This document shows positions 15,777 through 24,864 of a stretch of DNA of 25,265 nt, piece after piece. The notes beneath the pieces were generated by a model, which searched no databases, was not told where the DNA came from, and was given only the letters and a program-made list of their open reading frames with translations. Source of the DNA: Candidatus Rokuibacteriota bacterium (GTDB taxonomy: Bacteria; Methylomirabilota; Methylomirabilia; Rokubacteriales; DASRDR01); assembly GCA_044866005.1 (NCBI GenBank), contig JBIOTN010000206.1:1-25265 (forward strand), given 5' to 3'. The translations under genes and the position numbers were made by a program. How positions within the stretch are numbered: position 1 is the stretch's first letter; each line of letters starts with the position of its first letter.

Positions 15777-17741
15777 GTGATCCAGCACCGGTACTCGCGC
15801 TGGGACGGCAGCCAGGAGCCGTTCGCGCCCGACGCCGACGAGCTCCTCGACGCGCTCGCCGAGGGCCTGTTCGAGCACGGCGACCCCATGCGCGCCCTCC
15901 AGGACCTCGTCCGCCGCGGGTGGCGCGGGCGCCACGGCCAGGCGCTGCCGGGACTGCGCGATCTCCTCCGCCGGCTCCAGGAGCGCCGCCAGCGGGAGCT
16001 CGACCGCTACGACCTCGACTCGGTGATGGACGACCTCCGCCAGCGGCTCGACCGGGTGGTCGAGCTCGAGTGGGCGGCGGCCGAGCGCGCCGCCGACGCG
16101 CCGCCGACCCGCGCGCGCGGCGAGGCGGCCCGGCGGACGCTCGAGACGCTCCCGCGGAGCCTCGGCGGCGCGATCCGCGCCCTCGCCCGGCACGACTTCC
16201 TCGATCCGCTGGCGCGCCAGGAGTTCGAGGCGCTCCTCGACATGCTCCGGCAGCAGATGGCCGGCCAGGTGGGCCGCAATCTCGCGGACTCGGTCCGCGG
16301 CATGACGCCCGACCAGCGGGGCGCGCTACGGGAGATGCTCGGCGCGCTCAACCGGATGCTGCGCGAGCGGCTCCGCGGCGGCACCCCCGACTTCCAGGGG
16401 TTCATGCGGCGGTTCGGGGCGTTCCTCGGCCCCGAGCCGCCGGGGAGCCTCGACGAGCTGCTCGACCGGATGCAGCGCCAGATGGCACAGGTGCAGTCCT
16501 TGCTGGCCGGGCTCTCCCCGGGACAGCGGGAGGAGCTCGAGGCGGCGCTGGAGGCCGCGCTCGACCCGGAGACCGCCCGCGAGATGGCGGAGCTCGGGGC
16601 GCTGATGGAGGCCTTGCGGCCGCCCTCGGACCTCGCGCAGGCCTACCGATTCCAGGGCCGCGACGCGCTCGACCTCGACGCCGCGATGCGGACGATGGGG
16701 GAGCTCCAGGCGCTCGATCTCCTCGAGCAGGCGCTCCGCGAGGCCGAGCGGAGCGGCGACCTCGCGCGGCTCGACCCCGCGCGGGTGCGCGACCTCCTCG
16801 GCGAGGACGCCGAGCGTGCGCTCCGCGAGCTCGCCGAGGCGGCGCGGAAGCTCGAGGAGCGGGGCTACCTCAGGCGGGCCGGCGACCGCTGGGAGCTCAC
16901 CCCGCGCACCATCCGGAAGCTCGGCGAGAAGGCGCTCGGGGAGGTCTTCGGCCGGCTGGGCCGCGCTCGCGTGGGCGGCCACCGCATCGCGCCCGTCGGC
17001 GCGGGCGGCGAGCCGACCGGCGACACGAAGGCCTACGAGCCCGGGGAGCCCTTCGAGCTGAACCTCCGCCGATCCCTCATGAACGCGCTCGCCCGTCGCG
17101 GGCCCGGGGTGCCGGTCCGGCTCGAGGTCGGCGACTTCGAGGTGGACCGCGTGGAGGCGACGGTGAGCGCGGCGACGGCGCTCCTGCTCGATCGGTCGAG
17201 CTCGATGTTCTACCAGGGCCGCTGGCCGTCCGCTAAGAAGGTCGCCATGGCGCTCCGGGCGCTGATCCACGGCCAGTTCCCCCGCGACCGCCTGGTCGTC
17301 ATCGGGTTCTCCGACTACGCCGCCGAGATCGACCCGACCGCGCTGCCCGCCGCGGAGCCCAACATGTGGCAGCAGGGGACGAACATGCAGCACGCCCTCA
17401 TGCTGGCGCGGCGGCGGCTCGTCCGGGAGCCCGCCGGCACGCGCCAGGTCATCATGGTGACCGACGGCGACCCGACGGCGCACCTCGAGGACGGCGAGTC
17501 CCGCTTCAGCTATCCGCCCACGCGGCGGACGATCCTGGAGACCCTCCGGGAGGTCAAGCGCTGCACCGCGGCGGGCATCCTCATCAACACCTTCATGCTG
17601 GCCCGGACGCCCTACCTCGTCGAGTTCGTGGACTACGTCACGCGGGTGAACCGCGGTCGCGCCTTCTTCGCCGAGCCCGGCCGGCTCGGCGACTACGTGC
17701 TCGTGGACTACGTCCGGAACCGCCGCCGGCGCGTCGGCTAG
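15777..17741 (+). CDS. von Willebrand factor A domain protein (partner of the AAA ATPase)
   Basis: GTG 15777 with a GGGAGG RBS. N-terminal RYSRWDGSQ, long helical region, MIDAS DRSSSM, GTNMQHAL and VTDGDPTAH. Confidence 0.9.
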   Translation: MIQHRYSRWDGSQEPFAPDADELLDALAEGLFEHGDPMRALQDLVRRGWRGRHGQALPGLRDLLRRLQERRQRELDRYDLDSVMDDLRQRLDRVVELEWAAAERAADAPPTRARGEAARRTLETLPRSLGGAIRALARHDFLDPLARQEFEALLDMLRQQMAGQVGRNLADSVRGMTPDQRGALREMLGALNRMLRERLRGGTPDFQGFMRRFGAFLGPEPPGSLDELLDRMQRQMAQVQSLLAGLSPGQREELEAALEAALDPETAREMAELGALMEALRPPSDLAQAYRFQGRDALDLDAAMRTMGELQALDLLEQALREAERSGDLARLDPARVRDLLGEDAERALRELAEAARKLEERGYLRRAGDRWELTPRTIRKLGEKALGEVFGRLGRARVGGHRIAPVGAGGEPTGDTKAYEPGEPFELNLRRSLMNALARRGPGVPVRLEVGDFEVDRVEATVSAATALLLDRSSSMFYQGRWPSAKKVAMALRALIHGQFPRDRLVVIGFSDYAAEIDPTALPAAEPNMWQQGTNMQHALMLARRRLVREPAGTRQVIMVTDGDPTAHLEDGESRFSYPPTRRTILETLREVKRCTAAGILINTFMLARTPYLVEFVDYVTRVNRGRAFFAEPGRLGDYVLVDYVRNRRRRVG

Positions 17742-17785
17742 GGTGTCGACGTCGATCGAGAACGCCTGAGACGAGGAGGTGCGCC

Positions 17786-19063
17786 GTGTGCTTCGTCCAC
17801 TCGGATATCTCGCGGAGAACGTTCATCGAGCAGATCTCCCTGGGTGCGGCCGCTGCGGCAGCGATCGCGGGCGCCGGCTCAGCGCTGGCCGCGGCCAGCG
17901 AAGGCGTCGCCGCGCCCGGCGGGCGGACGCCGGACCTCATCGTGGCGCAGGCGCCCCCGGCCGGGGGCGTCAGAACCATCGACGGATTCTCGAAGGTCTT
18001 GCACAACCGCTTCAACCAGGACATTCCTGCCGCCGCCACCGTGCGGCCGGGCGAGGCCGTGCAGTTCCTGTGCCGCGACGCGCTCGACATCGGCACGGCG
18101 GCGAGAACGCTGACGCCCAATGGCATTCTCACGCTGGACCTGGGGAAAGTGCATCCCCTTACCGGTCCCGTCGAGGTCGAAGGCGCCGAGCCAGGCGACC
18201 TGCTCGAGGTCGAAATCGTGGACGTCGCTCCGCTCGTCGACTTCGGCTACGTCACCATAAGCCCGGCGCTCGGTCTGTTCGGCAGTCTCCGCCCCGACAT
18301 CCTGGCGCCGCTCCATCAGTTCACCGAAGCCTCGCAGCTGAGCGACCCGAGCCCGGGCAAGGTGGCCGGCGCGATTCCCGAGGATCAGCCGTTCAACAGC
18401 GGGGCGCCGTTCGTCCAGATCTTCACGTTCAACAAAGGCCAGAACACCGGATTCGCGAGTTTCGTGGGGAAGGATACGGGACGGACAGCCCAGATTCCGA
18501 TCGCGCCGTTCATGGGCGTCTACGGCGTCGCCCCGCTCCGAAAGGGGATGTATCGAACCGTTCCCCCCAATGTCAGCGGGGGCATGGGCGGGAACACCGA
18601 CATCAAGCAGTTCACCAAGGGATCCAGGCTCTACTATCCGGTGTACGTGAAAGGTGCGAAGTTCTCGGTGGGCGATGGCCACATGGCGCAGGGTGATGGC
18701 GAAGTCTGCGTGACCGCCATCGAGACGCTGATGGCCGTGACGTGCCGGTTCACGGTCATCAAGAACACCATCATCGAGTCACCGCAAGCCATCGTCCCGT
18801 CGGCCAATCCGACCGACGCCGGGCTCACCAGGGAGATGCTGGACAAGGGCTTCTACCACACCACCGGCATCGGGCCCGATCTGATGGAGGACGCCAAGAA
18901 GGCCGTGCGGGCGATGATCGACTGGTTGGTGCGCGATCAGGGCCTGAGCCTGCACGAGGCCTACGCCATCTGCAGCGTGGCCGGCGATCTCAAGATCAGC
19001 GAAGTGGTCGACATCCCGAACTGGGTGGTGTCGATGACGGTGCCTCGGGGAATCTTCCAGTAG
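17786..19063 (+). CDS. Acetamidase/formamidase family protein with twin-arginine signal peptide
   Basis: GTG 17786 with a GAGGAGGT RBS; SRRTFIEQ plus an Ala-rich signal. Motifs HPLTGPVEVEGAEPGDLL, GGNTD, FSVGDGHMAQGDGEVCVTAIE and AYAICSVAGDL. Confidence 0.9.
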   Translation: MCFVHSDISRRTFIEQISLGAAAAAAIAGAGSALAAASEGVAAPGGRTPDLIVAQAPPAGGVRTIDGFSKVLHNRFNQDIPAAATVRPGEAVQFLCRDALDIGTAARTLTPNGILTLDLGKVHPLTGPVEVEGAEPGDLLEVEIVDVAPLVDFGYVTISPALGLFGSLRPDILAPLHQFTEASQLSDPSPGKVAGAIPEDQPFNSGAPFVQIFTFNKGQNTGFASFVGKDTGRTAQIPIAPFMGVYGVAPLRKGMYRTVPPNVSGGMGGNTDIKQFTKGSRLYYPVYVKGAKFSVGDGHMAQGDGEVCVTAIETLMAVTCRFTVIKNTIIESPQAIVPSANPTDAGLTREMLDKGFYHTTGIGPDLMEDAKKAVRAMIDWLVRDQGLSLHEAYAICSVAGDLKISEVVDIPNWVVSMTVPRGIFQ

Positions 19064-19113
19064 ACCTCATGCTGAACCCTGGAGCGGCGCAGACCGAGGT
19101 ACACTAGCGGGCG

Positions 19114-20223
19114 ATGCCCAAGCAGCGGATCGACCTTCCGCCGGTCGAGTGCCTGTCGATCCTCGACGCCGAGGGGCGCGTGGACCAGGCGCTCGAGCCC
19201 AAGATCCCGCCCGAGGACCTCCGCCGCCTCTACCGGACGTTCCTCCTGGCCCGGCGGTTCGACGAGCGCATGCTGAACCTCCAGCGCCAGGGGCGGATCG
19301 GGACCTACCTCTCCGCCCTGGGCCACGAGGCGGCCATCCTCGGGAGCGTCTACGCGCTTCAGCCGACCGACTGGCTCGCGCCGGTCTGGCGGGAGTGGCC
19401 GGCCTACCTCTGGCGGGGCTGGCCGCCCGAGAACCTGATCCTCCTCTACGCCGGCTTCAGCGAGGGCACGCGCGTGCCCGACGGCGTCCGCGATCTGCCG
19501 GTCTGCGTGCCCATGGGCAGCCACGTCCCGCACGCGGTCGGCGTCGCCTACGCCGCGCGCTACAAGCGCGAGGGAAGCGTGACGCTCTGCTACTTCGGCG
19601 ACGGCGCCAGCTCGCACGGGGACACGCAGGAGGCGCTCAACTTCGCCGGGGTCTTCGAGGTCCCGATCGTCTTCGTCTGCATCAACAACCAGTGGGCGAT
19701 CTCCGTGCCGCGCGCCCGCCAGACACGGGCCAGGAGCATCGCCCAGAAGGCGCTCGCCTACGGCTTCCCCGGCGTCCAGGTGGACGGCAACGACCTCCTC
19801 GCCGTCGCCGTGGCCACGCGCGCGGCCGTCGAGCGCGCCCGGCAGGGCGGCGGGCCGACGCTGATCGAGGCGGTGACCTACCGCCTCGGCGCCCACTCCA
19901 CGGCCGACGACCCGACCAAGTACCGGAGCCCGGCCGAGCTCGAGACCTGGGAGGCGAAGGAGCCGCTCCCTCGCTTCCGCCGCTACCTCGAGGCGAAGGG
20001 CGTCGTGGACGCGCGCGGCCACGCGGAGCTGGAAGCGGAGGCGGACGCCGCGGTCCGCGCGTCGATCGAGCGGGCCGAGGCGCGGATGCGGGAGGCGAGC
20101 GTCACGACGATGTTCGAGCAGGTCTACGCCGAGCTCCCCGCGGAGGTCGAGGCGCAGCGGCGGGAGCTGGCTCCCCATCTCGGGACCAGGGGCTGGCCGG
20201 CCGAGGGCGGGGGCTCAGGCTGA
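19114..20223 (+). CDS. pdhA: Pyruvate/2-oxoacid dehydrogenase E1 component alpha subunit
   Basis: LQRQGRIGTY, TPP motif FGDGASS...INNQWAIS, VDGND and TYRLGAHSTADDP. Substrate could be a branched-chain 2-oxoacid. Confidence 0.88.
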   Translation: MPKQRIDLPPVECLSILDAEGRVDQALEPKIPPEDLRRLYRTFLLARRFDERMLNLQRQGRIGTYLSALGHEAAILGSVYALQPTDWLAPVWREWPAYLWRGWPPENLILLYAGFSEGTRVPDGVRDLPVCVPMGSHVPHAVGVAYAARYKREGSVTLCYFGDGASSHGDTQEALNFAGVFEVPIVFVCINNQWAISVPRARQTRARSIAQKALAYGFPGVQVDGNDLLAVAVATRAAVERARQGGGPTLIEAVTYRLGAHSTADDPTKYRSPAELETWEAKEPLPRFRRYLEAKGVVDARGHAELEAEADAAVRASIERAEARMREASVTTMFEQVYAELPAEVEAQRRELAPHLGTRGWPAEGGGSG

Positions 20224-20306
20224 GCCACGCGCCCCCGGGCGGTGAGGACCCGCCAGGGAAACGCCGGATGGGTGGATCGGCCGCGCTCCGCTATGCTGGC
20301 GGCGCC

Positions 20307-22169
20307 ATGACGCGCTCGCGCGGCCGCTCGCGCCGGTGGATGCTCGCCGCCACGCTGGGGCTTCTCGGCCTGGCGACCCCGGCGGCGGCGAGCGAGGTGC
20401 GGTTCCCGCTCACGCTCGACTACGAGCTGCTCCGCACCGCGCTGCGGAAGCACCTGCGCGAGCAGTCGGGTGGACAGCTCGAGCTCTGGCGGACCCAGGA
20501 CGGCTGCGGCACGTTCACCATCCGCGAGCCGACGATCGAGCCGGCCGAGGGCCGGCTCAAGCTCTCCGGCCCCGGGACGGCGGAAGCCGGGTTCCCGCTC
20601 TTCGGCTACTGCTGGGCCACCGTCGCCTGGAACGGCCACGCGGAGATCGTCGCGCGGCCGGAGATCGGCCGCGACTGGCAGCTCCGCCTCCGCGACCTCG
20701 ACACCCAGCTCTACGATGCGAACCGGCAGCAGCGCGGCATCGCGACCCGCATCTTCACCGTCGTGAAAGGCTGGGCCGAGAGCCAGCTCGCGTCCTTCAC
20801 CTTCGACCTCGGCCCGCCGGTGGAAGAGGTGAAGGGCTTGCTCGGCCAGGTCACCGGGACGGCGCGCGGCGGGGCGCTCGCCACGGCGCTCCAGACGCTC
20901 CGGCCCACCGGCGTCGCCGTCGAGCCCGACGGCGTCAAGGTCGGCGTGGCGCTCGACCTCCCGCCGGCCGCCGCCGCGCCGCGCGCCCCGGAGCCCGCGC
21001 TCACGCCGGCCCAGCTCAAGCGGTGGGAAGCCGCGCTCGAGAGCTGGGACGGCTTCGTGGTGTTCGTCGTCAAGGACCTCGGGCTGGCCAGCCCGGAGCC
21101 CGGCGGGCGCGACGAGCTGCTCGACGTGCTGCTCACGGCGCGTCACGACCTCGTGGCGGTCCTCGGGCGCGGGCCCGAGCCCGGGACCGATCCGGTGCGG
21201 CAGCTCTTCCTCACCACCTGGGAGCGGCTGCGCGGAATCGTCCGGCGAAACGCGAGCCGTCCCGGCGACGAGACGCGCGCGCTCCGCTTCGCCGTGTTCC
21301 TCGCGGCCGGTGACGCCCTGGCCGCCCTCGAGGCCGCCGCGCCCTCGGCGGGTCTGGAGATCTCGGCCGACGGCCTCCGCCGGCTGGCCCGGATGCTCGA
21401 TCCCGAGTACGCGGGAGACCCGCTCGAGTACTCCGAGATCCCGGACGCGAAGCTCCAGCAGCTCTTCCGCTTCCGGGACCCCGACGCGCCCCCGCGCCGC
21501 TCGCGGCGGAAGCCGACCGGGAGCTGGCACTGGCTCGGCCCCCGCGCGGCCTACGCCGACGAGGCGGGGGACGAGTGGAGCCGGCTCGGCCGGCGGCTCG
21601 ACCGCTGGGTGCCGGGCGACGGCGAGCTCGACGCCTACCGCGACACGGTCGGCCGGCTGCTCACGCTCGCCGCGGAGCGCTCGATCGATCCCGACGCGCT
21701 CGAGGAGCGGTTCGACGCGCTCTTCCAGCACCTGGTCCAGGCGGTGGCGTGGCAGGAGAGCTGCTGGCGCCAGTTCGTCCGCAAGGGCGAGCGGGTCACC
21801 TACATCAACTCCCCGACCGGGGACGTCGGGATCATGCAGATCAACGTCCGGATCTGGCGCGGCTTCTTCAACCCCGAGAAGCTCCGCTGGAACGCCGCGT
21901 ACAACGCCGGGGCCGGGGCGGAGATCCTCCAGCACCTGCTGGTCCGCTACGGGAGCCGGGAGGCGGGCGAGCGGCTCGAGAACGCCGCGCGGGCGACGTA
22001 CTCCGCGTACAACGGCGGCCCGGCGCGCTACCGCCGCTATCGGCTGACCCAGGTGCCGGCCTTCGTCCGGGCGATCGACCGCGGCTTCTGGCAGAAGTAC
22101 CAGCTCGTCGCCGCCGGCGACGCGGGCGAGCGCGTGCTCTGCCTGGGCCCCCGGGCCGGCGGCTCCTGA
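20307..22169 (+). CDS. Secreted protein with large N-terminal region and C-terminal lytic transglycosylase (SLT) domain
   Basis: Signal peptide MTRSRGRSRRWMLAATLGLLGLATPAAA. SLT motifs AVAWQES (catalytic Glu), GIMQIN, N..AGAEIL and AYNGGP. 620 aa from ATG 20307. Confidence 0.85.
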   Translation: MTRSRGRSRRWMLAATLGLLGLATPAAASEVRFPLTLDYELLRTALRKHLREQSGGQLELWRTQDGCGTFTIREPTIEPAEGRLKLSGPGTAEAGFPLFGYCWATVAWNGHAEIVARPEIGRDWQLRLRDLDTQLYDANRQQRGIATRIFTVVKGWAESQLASFTFDLGPPVEEVKGLLGQVTGTARGGALATALQTLRPTGVAVEPDGVKVGVALDLPPAAAAPRAPEPALTPAQLKRWEAALESWDGFVVFVVKDLGLASPEPGGRDELLDVLLTARHDLVAVLGRGPEPGTDPVRQLFLTTWERLRGIVRRNASRPGDETRALRFAVFLAAGDALAALEAAAPSAGLEISADGLRRLARMLDPEYAGDPLEYSEIPDAKLQQLFRFRDPDAPPRRSRRKPTGSWHWLGPRAAYADEAGDEWSRLGRRLDRWVPGDGELDAYRDTVGRLLTLAAERSIDPDALEERFDALFQHLVQAVAWQESCWRQFVRKGERVTYINSPTGDVGIMQINVRIWRGFFNPEKLRWNAAYNAGAGAEILQHLLVRYGSREAGERLENAARATYSAYNGGPARYRRYRLTQVPAFVRAIDRGFWQKYQLVAAGDAGERVLCLGPRAGGS

Positions 22170-22241
22170 CGGCCCGGGCCGACCGCGCCGTCAGCCCGTC
22201 CGTCGCGTCGTCCGGTCGTCCGCCCCGCCCCGGTCGCCGGC

Positions 22242-23708
22242 TCAGCGGGCCAGCGCGCGGACGAGCTTGTCCACCAGCCCGCCGAAGGCGCCGTTACTCA
22301 TCGCCAGGACGACGTCGCCGGGGCGCGCCGCGCCGGCGACCTGGGTCACGAGCGCGTCGACCTCCGCCTCGGCCGCGGCCTCGATCCCCTGCGCGGCGAG
22401 CGTCGCGATGAGCCGGCCGACGTCGAGCTGCTGGTCGGCCGGCACCTTGTCGTGGGGCTCGGGCACCTTGATCGTCACCCGCGCGGCACCCGCGAAGGCG
22501 CGGCCGTACTCGGTCTGGTGGATGTTCCGCCGGCTGGTGTTCGAGCGGGGCTCGAAGAGGGCCCAGAGGCGGCGGTCCGGGTAGAGGGCGCGGATCGCCG
22601 CGACGGTCTCGCGGACCGCGGTCGGGTGGTGCGCGAAGTCGTCGATCACGAGGACGCCGCCGACCTCCCCGCGCGCCTCCTGGCGACGCCGGACCCCCGC
22701 GAAGGTGGCCAGGCCCTCCCGCAGCTCCTCGAACGACAGCCCGAGGCCCCGCGCCGCCGCGACGACGCCGAGGGCGTTCTCCACGTTGTGACCGCCGCCG
22801 AGCGGGAGGCGCACCGTCCCGAGCCGCCGGCCGCGCTCGCAAAGCTCGAAGCGGGCCCCGGCAGGGTCCAGCTCGAGGGCCCGCGCCGCGTACTCGGCCG
22901 GTCCGTCGGGCGGCCCGCCGTACGTGACGACCCGCGCGGGCGAGGCGCGGGCCAGCCGCACCGCGCCGGGATAGGACGCGCTCACGGCCAGCAGGCCGTC
23001 GGGCGGGAGGAGGCGCACGAACGCCTCGAACGCGGACTCGTAGTGGGCGAGGTCCCGGTAGATGTCGGCGTGGTCGAACTCGACGCTCGTGAGGATCGCC
23101 GTCCGGGGCCGGTAGTGGAGGAACTTCGGCCCCTTGTCGAAGTAGGCCGTGTCGTACTCGTCCCCCTCGACCACGAAGTGCCGGCCCGTGCCGAGCCGGT
23201 AGTTCGCCCCGTAGTTCCGGGTGACGCCGCCCACCAGGAACGAGGGATCCCGGCCCGCCGCGACGAGCACGTGCCCCAGGAGCGCCGCGGTGGTGGTCTT
23301 CCCGTGCGTGCCGGCGACGACCACGGAATGGCGGTCGCCGAGGAAGAACGCGCCGAGCGCCGCCGGAAAGCTCATCTGCGGGAGGCGGCGCGCCCGCGCT
23401 TCGGTCGCCTCGGGGTTCACGCGGCGGACCACGTTGCCGACGATGACGAGCTCCGGCTTCGCGGCGTCGAGGTTGGCCGGACCGTAGGGCGTGAGCACGG
23501 GGATCCCCCAGGCCGCCAGCATCTCGCTCATCGGCGGGAAGACGTTCTGGTCGCTTCCGCTGACCTCGTAGCCGGCCGCCTTCAGCATCCCCGCGAACGA
23601 GCCCATGCCCGTGCCGGCCACGCCGATGAAGTGGATCCGGCGGACGCCGCCCGGCTCGACGGCGTCGAGGACGAGCCCGTCGTCGGCGTCGCGCGCCTCA
23701 GCGGGCAC
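22242..23708 (-). CDS. mpl: UDP-N-acetylmuramate:L-Ala-gamma-D-Glu-meso-DAP ligase
   Basis: IHFIGVAGTGMGSFA, GSDQNVFPPMS, AGTHGKTTT, EGDEYDTAYFDKGPKF, EFDHADIY, DDFAHHPTA, FEPRSNTS and MSNGAFGG. These are Mpl rather than MurC signatures. Confidence 0.93.
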   Translation of the reverse strand: MPAEARDADDGLVLDAVEPGGVRRIHFIGVAGTGMGSFAGMLKAAGYEVSGSDQNVFPPMSEMLAAWGIPVLTPYGPANLDAAKPELVIVGNVVRRVNPEATEARARRLPQMSFPAALGAFFLGDRHSVVVAGTHGKTTTAALLGHVLVAAGRDPSFLVGGVTRNYGANYRLGTGRHFVVEGDEYDTAYFDKGPKFLHYRPRTAILTSVEFDHADIYRDLAHYESAFEAFVRLLPPDGLLAVSASYPGAVRLARASPARVVTYGGPPDGPAEYAARALELDPAGARFELCERGRRLGTVRLPLGGGHNVENALGVVAAARGLGLSFEELREGLATFAGVRRRQEARGEVGGVLVIDDFAHHPTAVRETVAAIRALYPDRRLWALFEPRSNTSRRNIHQTEYGRAFAGAARVTIKVPEPHDKVPADQQLDVGRLIATLAAQGIEAAAEAEVDALVTQVAGAARPGDVVLAMSNGAFGGLVDKLVRALAR

Positions 23709-24864
23709 GGCCGAGCTCCTCGACCACCGCGTCGTGGAAGCGCGGGCGGAACGCGCGGATCCGCGTCTCGCCGCGGCCGGCGGCGGTCCGGTTGGTGCAG
23801 AGCGCCACGACGAGCCGGCGCCCGAGGTCGATCCAGAGGCTCGCGCCCGTGAAGCCGAGGTGGCCGACCGCGCCGGGCGCCGCCTGGCCGAGGTAGCGCC
23901 CGGCAGACGCGCCCTCCGGCGGATCGCCCGGGAGGCGCGTGTCGAAGCCGAAGGCCCGGCTGCTTCCGGGCGTCTCGGCGTCCCGCTGAAGCGCGCGGGC
24001 CCAGCACCGGCGCGGGGCCAGCCGGCCGGCGCCCGCCGCCTCCTCGAGCACGGCCTGGCCGAACGCGGCGAGGTCGGCGGCGGTCCCGAAGAGCCCCGCG
24101 TGTCCCGCCACGCCGTCCATCGCCCAGGCGTTGTCGTCGTCCACCTCGCCGGGAGGCGAGGGATGCGGCGGGAGCGGCGCCCACAGGTCCTCCTGGCCCG
24201 GCGCGGGCTCGCGCGGGCGGCTCGTCCCGGTCGGGGCGACGTCGGCGAGCTGACCGCCGGTGTCCGCCGGGGCCGACAGCCGGCGGAAGCGCGCGGCGAG
24301 CCCGAGCGGGGCCGCGACCCGCTCGGCGAAGAGCGCGTCGAGCGGCGACCCGGCGACCGCCGCGAGGAGCTCGCCCAGCAGGAGGAAGCCGACGTCGCTG
24401 TAGCGGGCGCGCGCGGGGGGCGGCTCGACCGGCGTCGTCGCCAGCGCCGCGTCCACGACCGCCGCGCGCGCGGCCGCGCGGACCGCGGGCGGACAGGCGG
24501 GATCGAAGAGGCGCGGATGCTCGCGCATCACGGGGGCGAAGAACGGCACGAAGGCGGGCAGGCCGGCGCGGTGATAGAGGAGAGCGGCGACCGTCGCCCC
24601 CGCGCGACCGGGCGCCGACTCCGGCAGGTCGCGGGCGACCGGGGTCTCGGGCTCGACCTTCCCCTCGCCCCAGAGCGCGAGGAACGCGGCCGTCGTGCAC
24701 ATCACCTTCGTCAGCGACGCGAGGTCGAAGACGGTCCGGGCCGTCGCGCCGCCCGCGCCGCCGTCGAAGACGGGCGCCCCGTCCCGCAGGACGAGCGCGC
24801 GCGCCGCCGGGAAGATCCCCGCCGCGGCGGCCTCCTCGAGGAGGGCCTGAAGCCGCCCGCTCAC
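23698..24864 (-). CDS. Serine hydrolase, beta-lactamase/AmpC-like family
   Basis: FDLASLTK (SxxK), YSDVGF, GEVDDDNA..MDGVAGHAGLFG and GHLGFTG. Start GTG 24864 overlaps the upstream TGA. Confidence 0.9.
   Translation of the reverse strand: MSGRLQALLEEAAAAGIFPAARALVLRDGAPVFDGGAGGATARTVFDLASLTKVMCTTAAFLALWGEGKVEPETPVARDLPESAPGRAGATVAALLYHRAGLPAFVPFFAPVMREHPRLFDPACPPAVRAAARAAVVDAALATTPVEPPPARARYSDVGFLLLGELLAAVAGSPLDALFAERVAAPLGLAARFRRLSAPADTGGQLADVAPTGTSRPREPAPGQEDLWAPLPPHPSPPGEVDDDNAWAMDGVAGHAGLFGTAADLAAFGQAVLEEAAGAGRLAPRRCWARALQRDAETPGSSRAFGFDTRLPGDPPEGASAGRYLGQAAPGAVGHLGFTGASLWIDLGRRLVVALCTNRTAAGRGETRIRAFRPRFHDAVVEELGRAR

Noticed and set aside
14622..22169. Apparent 1039-aa and 1006-aa giant proteins, and N-terminal extensions of track ORFs 13675, 17366, 6732, 13354 and 25140
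   Set aside because: The extensions overlap real upstream genes or intergenic DNA. RBS, stop/start overlaps or signal peptides place the starts at 15777, 20307, 14248, 17786, 7467, 13108 and 24864.
23698..24864. Antibiotic-resistance beta-lactamase
   Set aside because: There is no signal peptide, the motifs are YSD and HLG rather than YxN and KTG, and the context is peptidoglycan recycling.
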